DNA from: a virus
Lineage: Duplodnaviria; Heunggongvirae; Uroviricota; Caudoviricetes
IMG/VR virus record: IMGVR_UViG_3300042349_000541
Coordinates: 30,773 to 94,772 of that record
Reading direction: 5' to 3' (one strand)
Length of the DNA: 64,000 nt
The translations under genes and the position numbers were made by a program. The first letter of the stretch is position 1; each line of letters opens with the position of its first letter. Shown in pieces: positions 30,190 through 40,328 of the stretch. The notes under the pieces are model-generated. The model made no database searches, was not told where the DNA came from, and saw only the letters and a list, made by a program, of their open reading frames with translations.

Positions 30190-30503
30190 TGATTATTGTA
30201 ATAATCGCAGTTATACTACTCGTCATTGAATATTGCAGTGGCGAGTAGTTCGGAAAAAGTAAAAATTTTTATCGGCCTGCCCTTGACATAGGGTGGGCCG
30301 ACTTCGTCGGCCTCGCCGGAGTCAAGTGGAATCTTTCTTTTTTTTATTTCCACGCATTCGCTTGACATTGGCCGTTCATATGTTAAAATAATTGCATGAG
30401 CGAAGACGAGAGTAATTAACTAAGAATCGCTTTGGGTGGCCCACAGTGAGAACGTGAACTGTCTAAAAGTGACGTAATCTAAATTGGCAAGCAAATTGGA
30501 TTG

Positions 30504-30578
30504 GCATTTAATAGTGTGTCGGATATTGCACGGCTGGTGTTTGCCAGTTAGGGTTGGTTCAAATCCAACGTAAATGCT
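30504..30578 (+). ncRNA. tRNA-like RNA with a non-canonical 6-nt anticodon loop
   Basis: Acceptor GCATTTA/TAAATGC, T arm GTTGG-TTCAAAT-CCAAC, anticodon arm GCTGG-TGTTTG-CCAGT. Confidence 0.65.
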
Positions 30579-30580
30579 TC

Positions 30581-30654
30581 GGGACTGTAGCTCAATTGGT
30601 TAGAGCAGGAAACTCATAATTTCTCGGTTCTCGGTTCAAGTCCGGGCAGTCCCA
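30581..30654 (+). tRNA. tRNA with CAT anticodon (Ile2 or elongator Met)
   Basis: Full cloverleaf, loop CTCATAA, G1-C72, A73. Confidence 0.92.
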
Positions 30655-30677
30655 CTTTTATTAATAAGGATAAAACT

Positions 30678-31847
30678 ATGGCTAGCTGGAAAAACATTCG
30701 CGGCAAACTGCATTGCGAGCTAACAATTGAGTTTTTGTCATCGGGTTATTATATGCCCGCAAAAACCTATGGTCCGCCTGAAAATTGCTATCCCGAAGAA
30801 GGTGACGAAGAACGTATTTTTGATTGTGCCACCATTAATGGTAAAGCAATTCCTCAAGAAATCGGGCAAAAACTTTTCGATCTGTTGACAAATGAAATCG
30901 ATGATGTAGAATTAGAGCATGAAGACTCAAGAGAATTCGAAGGAGAACAATATGTCGATTAAACTTAGTCTTAAGCAGTTGCTATCAATTGTTTTCGATG
31001 ACGAAGGAAACAATCTGTATCCTGAATGCTATCTAATGAATGGTAGTCAAGTTCTTGAAACCGTAAAGTTATTCTCTGTTAACTTTGATGTATGTTATGG
31101 TTTCAAAATACCGGAAGAAGAAACTAGACAGCATTGGATGGTCTTTGACATTCATGCCGAAAACAATAAACTATTCGCAACTTCTTACCAAAGGATGTAG
31201 GTAACTATCATGGATCGAAAAACTATGCTTCAAATGCACGGCATTATTGGACTGCTTGGTTCTGGAGTTGATTTTACTTCAGGTAGTTGTGGAGAGCCAC
31301 CAATTAGTGTTAGACCATGTATTAACTGCGGAAAAGAAAAACAGCACAACAATGCATTTTGCTCTAGCGAATGTAGTAAGGAACATAAAAAAAAGAAAGT
31401 TTAAATCATGTCGTTAAAATTACCACAAATAGGTGAAGAAGCTGGAGTTACATATATTCTTTGCGAAAAAAGCTTCTATTCTCCGGACTATACAATTTGG
31501 AGATACAGAAGATGCAATGTTGAAACAGGTACAATTGAAATTGCGTACGTTGCAATACTTGGCGGAAATTCCAATGCTAATTTCATTAAACTTCTGACTT
31601 GTTGGAACCGCACGACAAGATGGGTTTACGGTCCTGTATAATGAAAATTTCAAAAATTAAAATCGACTATGACAACTGGTATATGTACCAATCGCTATAC
31701 CAAATTACAGAATACAAAAACGGTGCAGTCTACAAAACAAAAATGTTAGGATATGTCAAAAAAGGATATGCTACACTCGAAAATCAACAACTAAGTCCTC
31801 TTTCGACATCTCTGTTGGGTAAAGAAATTTCAATTCTTTCAGAATAA
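30678..31847 (+). other. Run of 5 small hypothetical ORFs
   Basis: 30678-30962, 30952-31200, 31210-31404, 31408-31641, 31641-31847; tightly coupled with RBSs. Confidence 0.7.
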
Positions 31848-31999
31848 TCCACTTGACAAATGCGGGCGGGCCGACAAAGTCGGCCTCGCAACGTACATCC
31901 TATTCTCGCTTTCTAGTTCTAATCGGTGGCTGTCAATTCAGCTTTCCGTTAGGAATGTTTATCCATTGGGATAATCACCGATTAAACTATTCTTTAGCG

Positions 32000-32206
32000 T
32001 TACCTGCCTACAACTAGATTATCTAGCGTATGTAGTTCGCCAAACTCATTACTGCCTCTATATGGGCTATAGCTATAGCATATGATATTGAGGTCGCCCA
32101 TATCTAACCAAACCTTCATTCGACGACCCGTACTAACGATAGTAACCGGGGTATCCTTAGCGATAGGTTGTCGTTGGGTTCGTTCTTGAGTAGCGTTTTC
32201 CGACAT
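32000..32206 (-). CDS. Hypothetical protein (inverted cassette)
   Basis: Own minus-strand promoter TTGACA-N16-TATAAT at 32296-32269. Confidence 0.7.
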   Translation of the reverse strand: MSENATQERTQRQPIAKDTPVTIVSTGRRMKVWLDMGDLNIICYSYSPYRGSNEFGELHTLDNLVVGR

Positions 32207-32296
32207 GATAAATCCTTTGGGCTTCGCCCTGTAGAAGAAAAAAAATAACAGTTGTTCGTTACGCCTTTATTATACTACTGTTTGCGGGCTTGTCAA

Positions 32297-32740
32297 TCAA
32301 ATTCCTCGCATGTTCAAAAAATTCTCGAAAGCCATAACTTCCAGTAGTCTTAAAGCTTGATTATGCTTTATGGTTTTTCTTTGGTTGCTTAGTTGCTCCC
32401 GTTTAGTTTTAGATTTAGCGTGATATTCCTTTACGGATTCTCGCCATTCCTTATTTACTGTTTCTGTCATTGCTAGATATGCTAGCGGGCAGGAATAGTA
32501 GTAGGGGTGCATTGATTCATCGAGGGGCTTGTTATACCAGTAGCCTTGTCGGTATTCTAGTATATCGCAAGTTATAAACTTGTCGCAGTGAAACTTATCT
32601 TCGAATTCCCATACTTGCCATAGTACGCCTTTAAAAGCGTTTCCTCTATAGCAGTAGCGAATACATTTAGTTCTAGCGTTTCCCGTCGTAAGCCTGCGGA
32701 TTTTTTCTTTGCGACTAACTTCATCGCCGTACCATCCCAT
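32297..32740 (-). CDS. Conserved hypothetical phage/plasmid protein (KPLDESMHPYYYSCP motif)
   Basis: MGW start, RBS AGGAG, minus-strand promoter at 32796-32769. Confidence 0.75.
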   Translation of the reverse strand: MGWYGDEVSRKEKIRRLTTGNARTKCIRYCYRGNAFKGVLWQVWEFEDKFHCDKFITCDILEYRQGYWYNKPLDESMHPYYYSCPLAYLAMTETVNKEWRESVKEYHAKSKTKREQLSNQRKTIKHNQALRLLEVMAFENFLNMRGI

Positions 32741-32904
32741 AGCATTCTCCTTTTGTTAGGTTTCTTTTATTATAACAGGCCCGAATGAATTGTCAAGTGT
32801 TATTTAAAAATAATTTTTTTTCTTCCATATGCTTGACATGGCGTGAGACTGTGGTAAAATGATTGCGTCGAGACAAACGATATCTTACTCTAACGGAGAC
32901 GATT

Positions 32905-33603
32905 ATGCAATTGTTGACTCAAGGTGATTCATCGCCTAAGATTGCGAAAAGTAATGCTGCGGGCTTGGGATACCATAGCGGTATTCTATATATGGCACCA
33001 TACAAGCTATCGGGCTACAATACTTGTGCTAGTGCTAGTGAGGCTTGCATCGAAGCTTGCCTTAATCTTAGTGGTAGGGGCCGAACGAATAGTGTTCAGC
33101 AAGCCCGTATTGCCCGCACAAAGTTTTTCTTCGAAAATAGAACTAAATTTATCGACCAACTATATGACGAAGTCGATGCTTTTGTTCGCAGGTGCAATAA
33201 GCTACAACTAAAACCAGCATTGCGTCTTAACGGCACAAGCGACCTATTTTGGGAAAAGCTTATTCCAAGCTTGCATTCTGATTTTTCCAATGTACAATGG
33301 TATGACTATACCAAAGTGTACAACCGTATGCTACGATTTATCGACGGTGATTTTCCTAAGAATTATCACTTGACATTTTCACTATCCGAGGTAAACTTTG
33401 AGCAATCGCTAGACGTTATTCAACGTGGTGGCAATGTAGCAGTAGTTTTCCGCAACAAGGATATTCCTACGGGGTGGCTAGGATACAAAGTACACAACGC
33501 CGATAAAACCGATCTTCGTTTTCTTGATCCTCATGGCTGGCAAGGATTGTATGCCAAGGGTAAAGCTAAACGTGAGACCAAAGGTTTTGTTGTGGAGAAC
33601 TAA
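32905..33603 (+). CDS. Gp88-like protein (Cys-cluster, radical-SAM-like)
   Basis: NTCASASEACIEACL, LRLNGTSD, YDYTK, YHLTFS, DKTDLRFLD, GLYAKG. Confidence 0.75.
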   Translation: MQLLTQGDSSPKIAKSNAAGLGYHSGILYMAPYKLSGYNTCASASEACIEACLNLSGRGRTNSVQQARIARTKFFFENRTKFIDQLYDEVDAFVRRCNKLQLKPALRLNGTSDLFWEKLIPSLHSDFSNVQWYDYTKVYNRMLRFIDGDFPKNYHLTFSLSEVNFEQSLDVIQRGGNVAVVFRNKDIPTGWLGYKVHNADKTDLRFLDPHGWQGLYAKGKAKRETKGFVVEN

Positions 33604-33660
33604 ATGATTATAATTATAATCGCGGTAGTTTTAATTATTATCGAGGAAAGATAATACTTT

Positions 33661-33733
33661 GGGAAGTTAGCTCATTGGTTAGAGTACGGCTCTTATAAGG
33701 CTGCGGTAATTGGTTCGATTCCAATACTTCCTA
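33661..33733 (+). tRNA. tRNA-Ile (TAT)
   Basis: Full cloverleaf, anticodon loop CTTATAA. Confidence 0.9.
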
Positions 33734-33773
33734 CTTGTCAAATATTTTCAGTTACTATTTTTAGGAGTTTAAC

Positions 33774-35265
33774 ATGCAAATTCACGACGTATTGGCTAGC
33801 ATTGATTCGGCAAAAATTGTTTCTTTGAGGACTAAAACTCAATGTAAGCTACTTGCAAAATCAAAAGTGCAATTTCCGAAGGGTGTAAGCAAAATTTCCA
33901 CACGCAATGGAATCATTGGTGCAAGCTACGAAAATGCCGTTAATAACGCACTCAAGCGAGAAGGTGAAGTACCGGACTTCAAAGCCGAATCGCTCTGGAA
34001 AGGCCAAGGACGTAGAGTTAGTAAATTCATCGTCCAACATATGGGTACTCAAAAGCAGTATCTAGCGTTTCTGCCTAAAACTAATGTTGACGGGCACAAT
34101 GTTACAAAGTCGGTTTATATCGACAATGCTACGGGACTTGAAGTATCCTATGAGAATATCAAGGATTATATGCCAAGCTACGGCACCAATTCATCCGGAG
34201 TAAATTGGCAAGTTATCGAGCTTACTAATGTTATCGGGCTGAAATCTGGCGATATCGAATTCAGTGTTTAGAACAAATGATGCATTAGTATAGTGGTATT
34301 ACACTATGATTTGCACCCATGCGTCTTTTTTTTGTTGACAAGCACAAACATTCTGTTATAATATGGAAGGAAAAAATAATGAAAACTAAAAAAATTTATG
34401 TTAAAGTTGAACTTGAAGTGCCTGCCAGAATGAAATCTGTAAGAGCAGCAGAACTGATTGAAAAATGCATCGAAATTGGGATATATGATGCCGAAGAGAC
34501 CATAGACGACGGAGATCTGGAAAATGAAGATGCAAATGATGCGATTTCGCTCAACGTCTTAAGTGTTAAATAAAAAATAATACACTTTTAGTATTAGGAT
34601 GACTAGGCTATGGATGATTACAAAAAAATTCTTCATTCTTGCGGTATAGGCGGTATTAAATGCAAATGCTGTCAACCACGAAAGAAAAAAAATAAAAAGA
34701 ATCGCAAACATAACCGATCAACGCGAAGAAAACTAAAACAGGTTTCCGAAAAACAAAATCCTTTATAGAAAGGAAAAAATAACATGAGTAATGATTGTTA
34801 CTACTTTCAATGCTATAAAACTGAATGGGTAACTAATCCTGTTTCCGGGCATAGCTACATTTCTTCTAGTTTTCCTTTGGAAAAATGGGAAGTACACGGC
34901 AAATTTTTACCAGTGTCATATCACGGATCTGAAAAAAGTGCTGAGAAAGAATATGAGCGACGTATGAAATTGCCTGATTATACACCGCCAAAAGGAAAGA
35001 GGACCGGAAAATGAAAACATGGGTATTGACACGAGAAATCAATGAGTACGATCAGGACGGAGAATACTTCGTGGCTGTTTTTAGATCTAAGCCAAGCATT
35101 CTAGATATAGCAAAAACATTAGAATGGAAAGGTGTAAAAACCATTGGAGATATTAATCCTGTAGAAAAAAAATACATAGAACATATTCTTGCTGGCGGCG
35201 GTCGGCGTGCCTGCATTAATGAGGATGTATGGTATCACTTAAGACAGGTAGAATATTCTAATTAG
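33774..35265 (+). other. Run of 5 hypothetical ORFs
   Basis: 33774-34271, 34379-34573, 34610-34768 (52 aa, very basic, below track cut-off), 34784-35014, 35011-35265; terminator at 35271-35304. Confidence 0.7.
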
Positions 35266-35324
35266 TTTCTAGCCCGCTGCATTTAGTTGCTTCGGGCTTT
35301 TTTTATTTCTGCGTCTGAAATGTC

Positions 35325-35790
35325 CGAATAATTCGGACTCGCACAAAGTATTTTAACCACGGAACATCCGATGTACCCCGTGCAGTATTTACGCACCGCG
35401 AGTTTATCTGGTTGGATACCTGATCCTGCCAGATTGGGTAGACTTGGGGAACAAGGAATGTTTACCTTATTACTCTCTATGGCTATACCTTTTATTCGGT
35501 ATCCAACACAGCCGAGTCGTTCTCCAACGTTGCTCGGATTTTTTTTTGTTATAGCCTAGAAAGATTTAGCGTTTGCGAGACGCTCTGGTTGTCACTGCCC
35601 GACGCAGCACTTTATTGGCACTACTAATGCCTCACCCCTCACTTACATTACTTTGTTATTTAACTTGGTTCCTTTTTGTTCTTGGACAGAACGGGCGAAA
35701 GCTCCAGCGAAACGCAACCCAGATCGTAATGTAGAATGAAAAAAAAGTAACAGTATGCCGGAAACCCATTCACATGCATACCTTTGTCCA
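35325..35790 (-). ncRNA. Candidate large structured non-coding RNA
   Basis: No credible ORF; minus-strand promoter TTGAAT-N16-TATAAT at 35823-35796; many perfect 5-10 bp helices. Confidence 0.55.
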
Positions 35791-35840
35791 GTTGTATTAT
35801 AGCATGAATTTGGGCGAATTCAACTGCTTTCGGGACTTTT

Positions 35841-36047
35841 TTAGAGAATTTCCCGCATTAATTTAACAAATTTTATAGAATTTAGGCATAAATCGCCCGC
35901 AGAAGCTTCAATTATAGACGTTTTACAGTCAAAACATATGTTGACTACCGGGCTTTTAGGTTTTTCCAGCCCGATTTGCCCCCAATTATATAAATTAGGG
36001 CGATATTTCTGTAGTTGTTTTTTCTCTCCACACAGTTCGCACTTCAT
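35841..36047 (-). CDS. Small Zn-ribbon-like hypothetical protein
   Basis: CELC...CFDC motifs. Confidence 0.55.
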   Translation of the reverse strand: MKCELCGEKKQLQKYRPNLYNWGQIGLEKPKSPVVNICFDCKTSIIEASAGDLCLNSIKFVKLMREIL

Positions 36048-36878
36048 GCTTATATTATAGCAACTACTGCCTAAAAATTAGGCAACCCTATAAAAATTTA
36101 TGCTGCCCGCACATAGAAAACACCCGAGCACAGTATGCTTAGCAGGCCCGCATTTTTACATGCATTTTTAAAACATAGCTTATGGCGGAATAATTCACAT
36201 TAGCAGGCCCGCAAACAGTAAAATCGCCCGAGAGCAATATATGCAAAAACATTGGGTTTTTTGATTTTAGGTGTTTTTTTTGGAAGGGGGATATAAACCT
36301 TGACGGTATATTGCTAAAAATGCATAATGGCGTAGATTCTTCCCATGACTACTATTTTTTTGTTTCTACACTAAAATCGTAAGTCGTTATGCCGCAAGGA
36401 GTTACGAAAAATGCGTAAAAAGTTTTTACTAAGCTCTTGCATTTCGAATTAGCTCCGGTATAATGATGGCATGAAAACAACGCTCACAAAAACAACCAAG
36501 CCAACACTCAAAACACTACTGGAACACTTTTTCATTCCATATTTAGACTTCCAAAAGAGCAGAATATCAACGAAAAGACAGGGATTTTGTTTGGGGGGTG
36601 TGTTTGTAAGACTTACACAACACAACCACCCCCAACCCCCCCTTTTCATCCTTATTCTACTGTTAGTATTGTTTACTTACTATTTATTTTGTTGGTTTTT
36701 TTGATTTCTCGATAAAAAATCTTTTCACAAAAGACTTGACAAGACGGTTTTAAGATATAAAATGTTACTACAACACGAGAACATTACTTTACCAATGTTT
36801 TCACTGATGAAACTTGTTGTTTCGTCAAACGATAGGTACGATTTTTTTACTTTTATTTAGTCTTAGGAGACTTAAATT

Positions 36879-37154
36879 ATGGCCAAGACCAAGAACTCTG
36901 TTGGAATCGAAACGTTTGTTCAAAAGTGGATGGAGCATGTTCACAAGGGATCGAACATTGAATCGCTCGCCGTAGAGCTTCAACAAAAGCCCGCAAGCGT
37001 CTACCAGCGATCTCGCGATGTATCGGAAAAGCTTGTAGACAAAGGACTTACGAAGCTTCCGCACCTGCCTATGAGTGTCCGTAAGGAACGTACTTTTGAC
37101 GTAGACAAGCTGGCACAACTGCTTGGATGCTCACGAACTGAGCAGACTGCTTAA
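36879..37154 (+). CDS. Putative DNA-binding (HTH-like) protein
   Basis: IESLAVELQQKPASVYQR; promoter at 36736, RBS AGGAG, terminator at about 37180-37206. Confidence 0.55.
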   Translation: MAKTKNSVGIETFVQKWMEHVHKGSNIESLAVELQQKPASVYQRSRDVSEKLVDKGLTKLPHLPMSVRKERTFDVDKLAQLLGCSRTEQTA

Positions 37155-37277
37155 GTTATAGGCAATCGTTTGCATAATAACCCGGCAGCTAACTATGCTG
37201 TCGGGTGGAATGGCCGACTTACTATTCTTATTAAAAATCTAATTTCTCCCTGTAAATGAGACAGATAAAGATATCAT

Positions 37278-39556
37278 ATGACGCAATTAGAAGAAAAAGC
37301 TTTAGTAGAAAAATACAACCGAATTGGAATCGTCATAACTGAAATTGAAGATTTTTATCGAGGAAAAGGCTGGAATAAATATTTGCTCAACGAATGGATT
37401 ATTTACAAAAGAATCTCTTGTGATGGCTGGGTTAAAGTAAGATTGTTTGATGGATGCCATGTAGACCACACAGATCATGCTACCCTAGAAGAAGCTTTTT
37501 TATCGGCTCATAAAAGTCTTTTGGAAAAGCAATTGGCTTATTTTGAAGGTAAGAACATAGACGAGAAACATCTTCGGAGCATAGGATTTAAAATAAAATG
37601 CAACTAAAAAAATTTGATGCAAAAATAGGCCGTTTTCAATGTAAGATTATGGCTTATGATTTTGATGAAGCTAAATCTAAACTTAGAGATGCACTTAATT
37701 GCGCACTTGCTATTTCAGAAGCACCAGAACTTTTAAATGGTTCTGTTACGGACGAAAATGGCGAAACATTTAGGCTTAATTTTTCAGATCTAATGAGTTA
37801 AAGGTATAAAAAATGAGTTTTAAAATTGAATTTAATAAAGCAACTGTAGATCTGGTTCAAGGATTCATTAATTCCGCACAGGATGCATTTATTCAAGAAG
37901 CTAAAAACATTTCAGAACAGCTTGGGGTTTCTGAATCTTGTGGAATAGATATATTATATCTTAGAGGCAGAAGTCGTTGGACACAGGAACTTGAGGATAG
38001 ATTAATCGAACTTTATAAACAGGGTAGCCCTCCCAATATTTGTGAGTTTGAATAATTAAATTACCAAAGGACTATCTATATAGGATTAATACTATGTATG
38101 TTTTAAAAAGAGAAAATGTAGATACAATTTTTACTGAGGATGTATTTAAAAAACGTCCAACAAAGGAAGAGTTGTACGAATACATCATTCGGTATTTTGA
38201 TAATCAAAAATCTTTAGATGCAGCACAAGAATTAGAAGATAGCGGACATGCTTCTATGAACGATATGTATTGTACTCAATTTGAACTTTATATGGTGTGA
38301 AATGGGTAACATAATCGGAGTCAGAGTATCACTTAACGAAGTCTACGAATACTTTGATGATTACTCTCTCAAAGAATTAAAAAATTCAGACTTTGAACGT
38401 GAATTTATCAAACCATATATAGCTTTAGATGGAATTCAGGTTGAGATCTATCGTTTTTACAAAAAAGACGAATATACAAAGGCTAAATCTAAATCTATCC
38501 TGTTTTGTATTTCATATTTTGATTTGCTTAACTCTGATTGTTACGTAAGTTTTCTTGACGAAAAAATAAACCTGCACTTGACAAAGCTGAGAGAAGAGGT
38601 AAAATAACACACGATATGAGAATTGCCATATCGCAAATTGTTCGGTGCTGGCGAATTTTAAAACTGAAATGTTCCGGGCTATAAATAAAATAGGTGCTTA
38701 AAATGAAAATTAGAGAAGATTTGATTCGTGATGCTAAAAGTTTATTTGCTGAATTATCAGCACTTTCCGATCATGTATTTGTAGATATTTGTGCTTTTTC
38801 GGAAGAAAATCCATATCCTGTTGGGAAACGAGCATTACAGATTAAACGTATGGATGAACTTGTAAAAGCCATTAAAAATAAACACGAAGAAATAATTAAT
38901 TATATAATAATGGCACCATTTCAAAATAATACTAAGGATTAGACAAAAAATGGCTATTAATACCGTTGGGGAACTGAAAAAGTTCATCGAAAATATTGAC
39001 CATGACACAAGAGTTAGAATATACACAGAAGATGGTGAGACTCATAACTTCTTAATTTCAATTATTTCAAAAGAAACACTTACTGAGGAAGAATACGTTC
39101 ATTACGATAAAGATGAACTTCCTATGCTAATGCTGCACATTTAAAACTATGAATACAACAGATAACATTTCTACTCGCGGTTTAAAACTTGCTAGCGTTC
39201 TAGAAAAGCCTCATGGTCATCTAAAACTAATTCTAGGCTATATCGATCTTGAAAACGAAGTTGAAGAACTTCGCAAGAAACAGGTTTCAAATGAAGATCT
39301 GTGGCCTACAATTGAATTTAACAATGTCTGCCAGATTGAATTAGATTCAGACGATGAATGTTTTTTACGCAAGCAGTTTGATGAAAAAACTTTTATCGAA
39401 TCTTTGTCTGCTTTAACAGGTTTTGATATCAGGATTATATGTAGTCCTATTCCTAAAGAATTAGGTTTATATATGGTAAAAATTGTATATAAACAAGGAG
39501 ACAATGCTTTACAAGGAACTATAAGACTATGGGTTGTTCCTATTATTAAAACTTAA
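37278..39556 (+). other. Run of 8 small hypothetical ORFs
   Basis: 37278-37607, 37598-37801, 37813-38055, 38094-38300, 38302-38607, 38694-38942, 38950-39144, 39149-39556. Confidence 0.7.
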
Positions 39557-39902
39557 ATAAGTAAATGAAAAGAAAAAACAATAGTGATCTTTGGTTTCTG
39601 CTTGATATAGCGTTTCTTTTAACGTTATTTTTCGGCCCGACTGTCTATGTTCTAATAATGGTTTATCTAACTAACTGGGGGATATAATGGGTGTATCTAT
39701 GAATACTGAAAATTGTCCTCACTGTGGAAAAAGTAACGGCAGGGACGACTTTGATGGTCCTGTTGATGATTGGGGTCTTTCTCGGAAAAATTCAGTTGAC
39801 AGTTGAGTTTCGTGTGGTATAAATGGGATGTTCAGCCGCTGTATTTTCAGACAACAGTATTTGTAACTTGGATCAATTAATTCCTATGGAGAATAAAATA
39901 AC

Positions 39903-40274
39903 ATGATTGAAATTCCAGAAGATCCGCAAGTAGTATTTGATAAAGTAGCCGAACATCTTCTAACTCAAAAAGAAAGAAGTGAATATCCAGTAAATTGCGC
40001 GTGCTTATATCGTGGTCCGAAAGGTCTAAAATGTGCGGCTGGATGTTTAATTCCTGATAGTGATTATAACGAAGAAATGGAAGGTAAATCTTGGAGTACA
40101 TTGGTTTCAAGCGGAATTATTCCGGATACTAATAACTACCTTATAGGTAGATTACAGCGTGTTCATGATGTTTTCGATCCTATTGAATGGCTTACTAAAT
40201 TGCATGAACTTGCTACGGAAATGAATTTAGATACATCAAAATGCTTGACAAAAACGATTGATGTTGTAAAATAA
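39903..40274 (+). CDS. Paralogue family A, copy 1 (CxYRGPxGxKCAAGCLIPD)
   Basis: Shared motif with 44393, 48376 and 54154. Confidence 0.8.
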   Translation: MIEIPEDPQVVFDKVAEHLLTQKERSEYPVNCACLYRGPKGLKCAAGCLIPDSDYNEEMEGKSWSTLVSSGIIPDTNNYLIGRLQRVHDVFDPIEWLTKLHELATEMNLDTSKCLTKTIDVVK

Positions 40275-40328
40275 CCGTATCGGTTCTGATAACTTTTTAA
40301 GATAATCATTATTTTTGAGGTTTTGAAA

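Larger units (their letters stand above)
22973..31888 (+). repeat. Dispersed array of 15 hairpin repeats RGGCCGAC-NNN-GTCGGYYTCG delimiting promoter-gene cassettes
   Basis: Copies start at 22973, 23271, 23804, 23977, 24414, 25032, 25576, 26034, 26546, 27038, 27551, 28180, 28801, 30295 and 31868. Loops are TTT, ATT, TTC or AAA. A half copy (GGCCGACTT) lies at 37212-37220. Confidence 0.97.

Noticed and set aside
22973-31888. CRISPR array interpretation of the 21-bp repeats
   Set aside because: Spacing is about 170-1570 bp and irregular, the intervals contain promoters and genes, and no cas genes are visible.
22973-31888. Integron attC cassette array
   Set aside because: No GTTRRRY/RYYYAAC core boxes, the cassettes carry their own promoters, and there is no tyrosine recombinase in the window.
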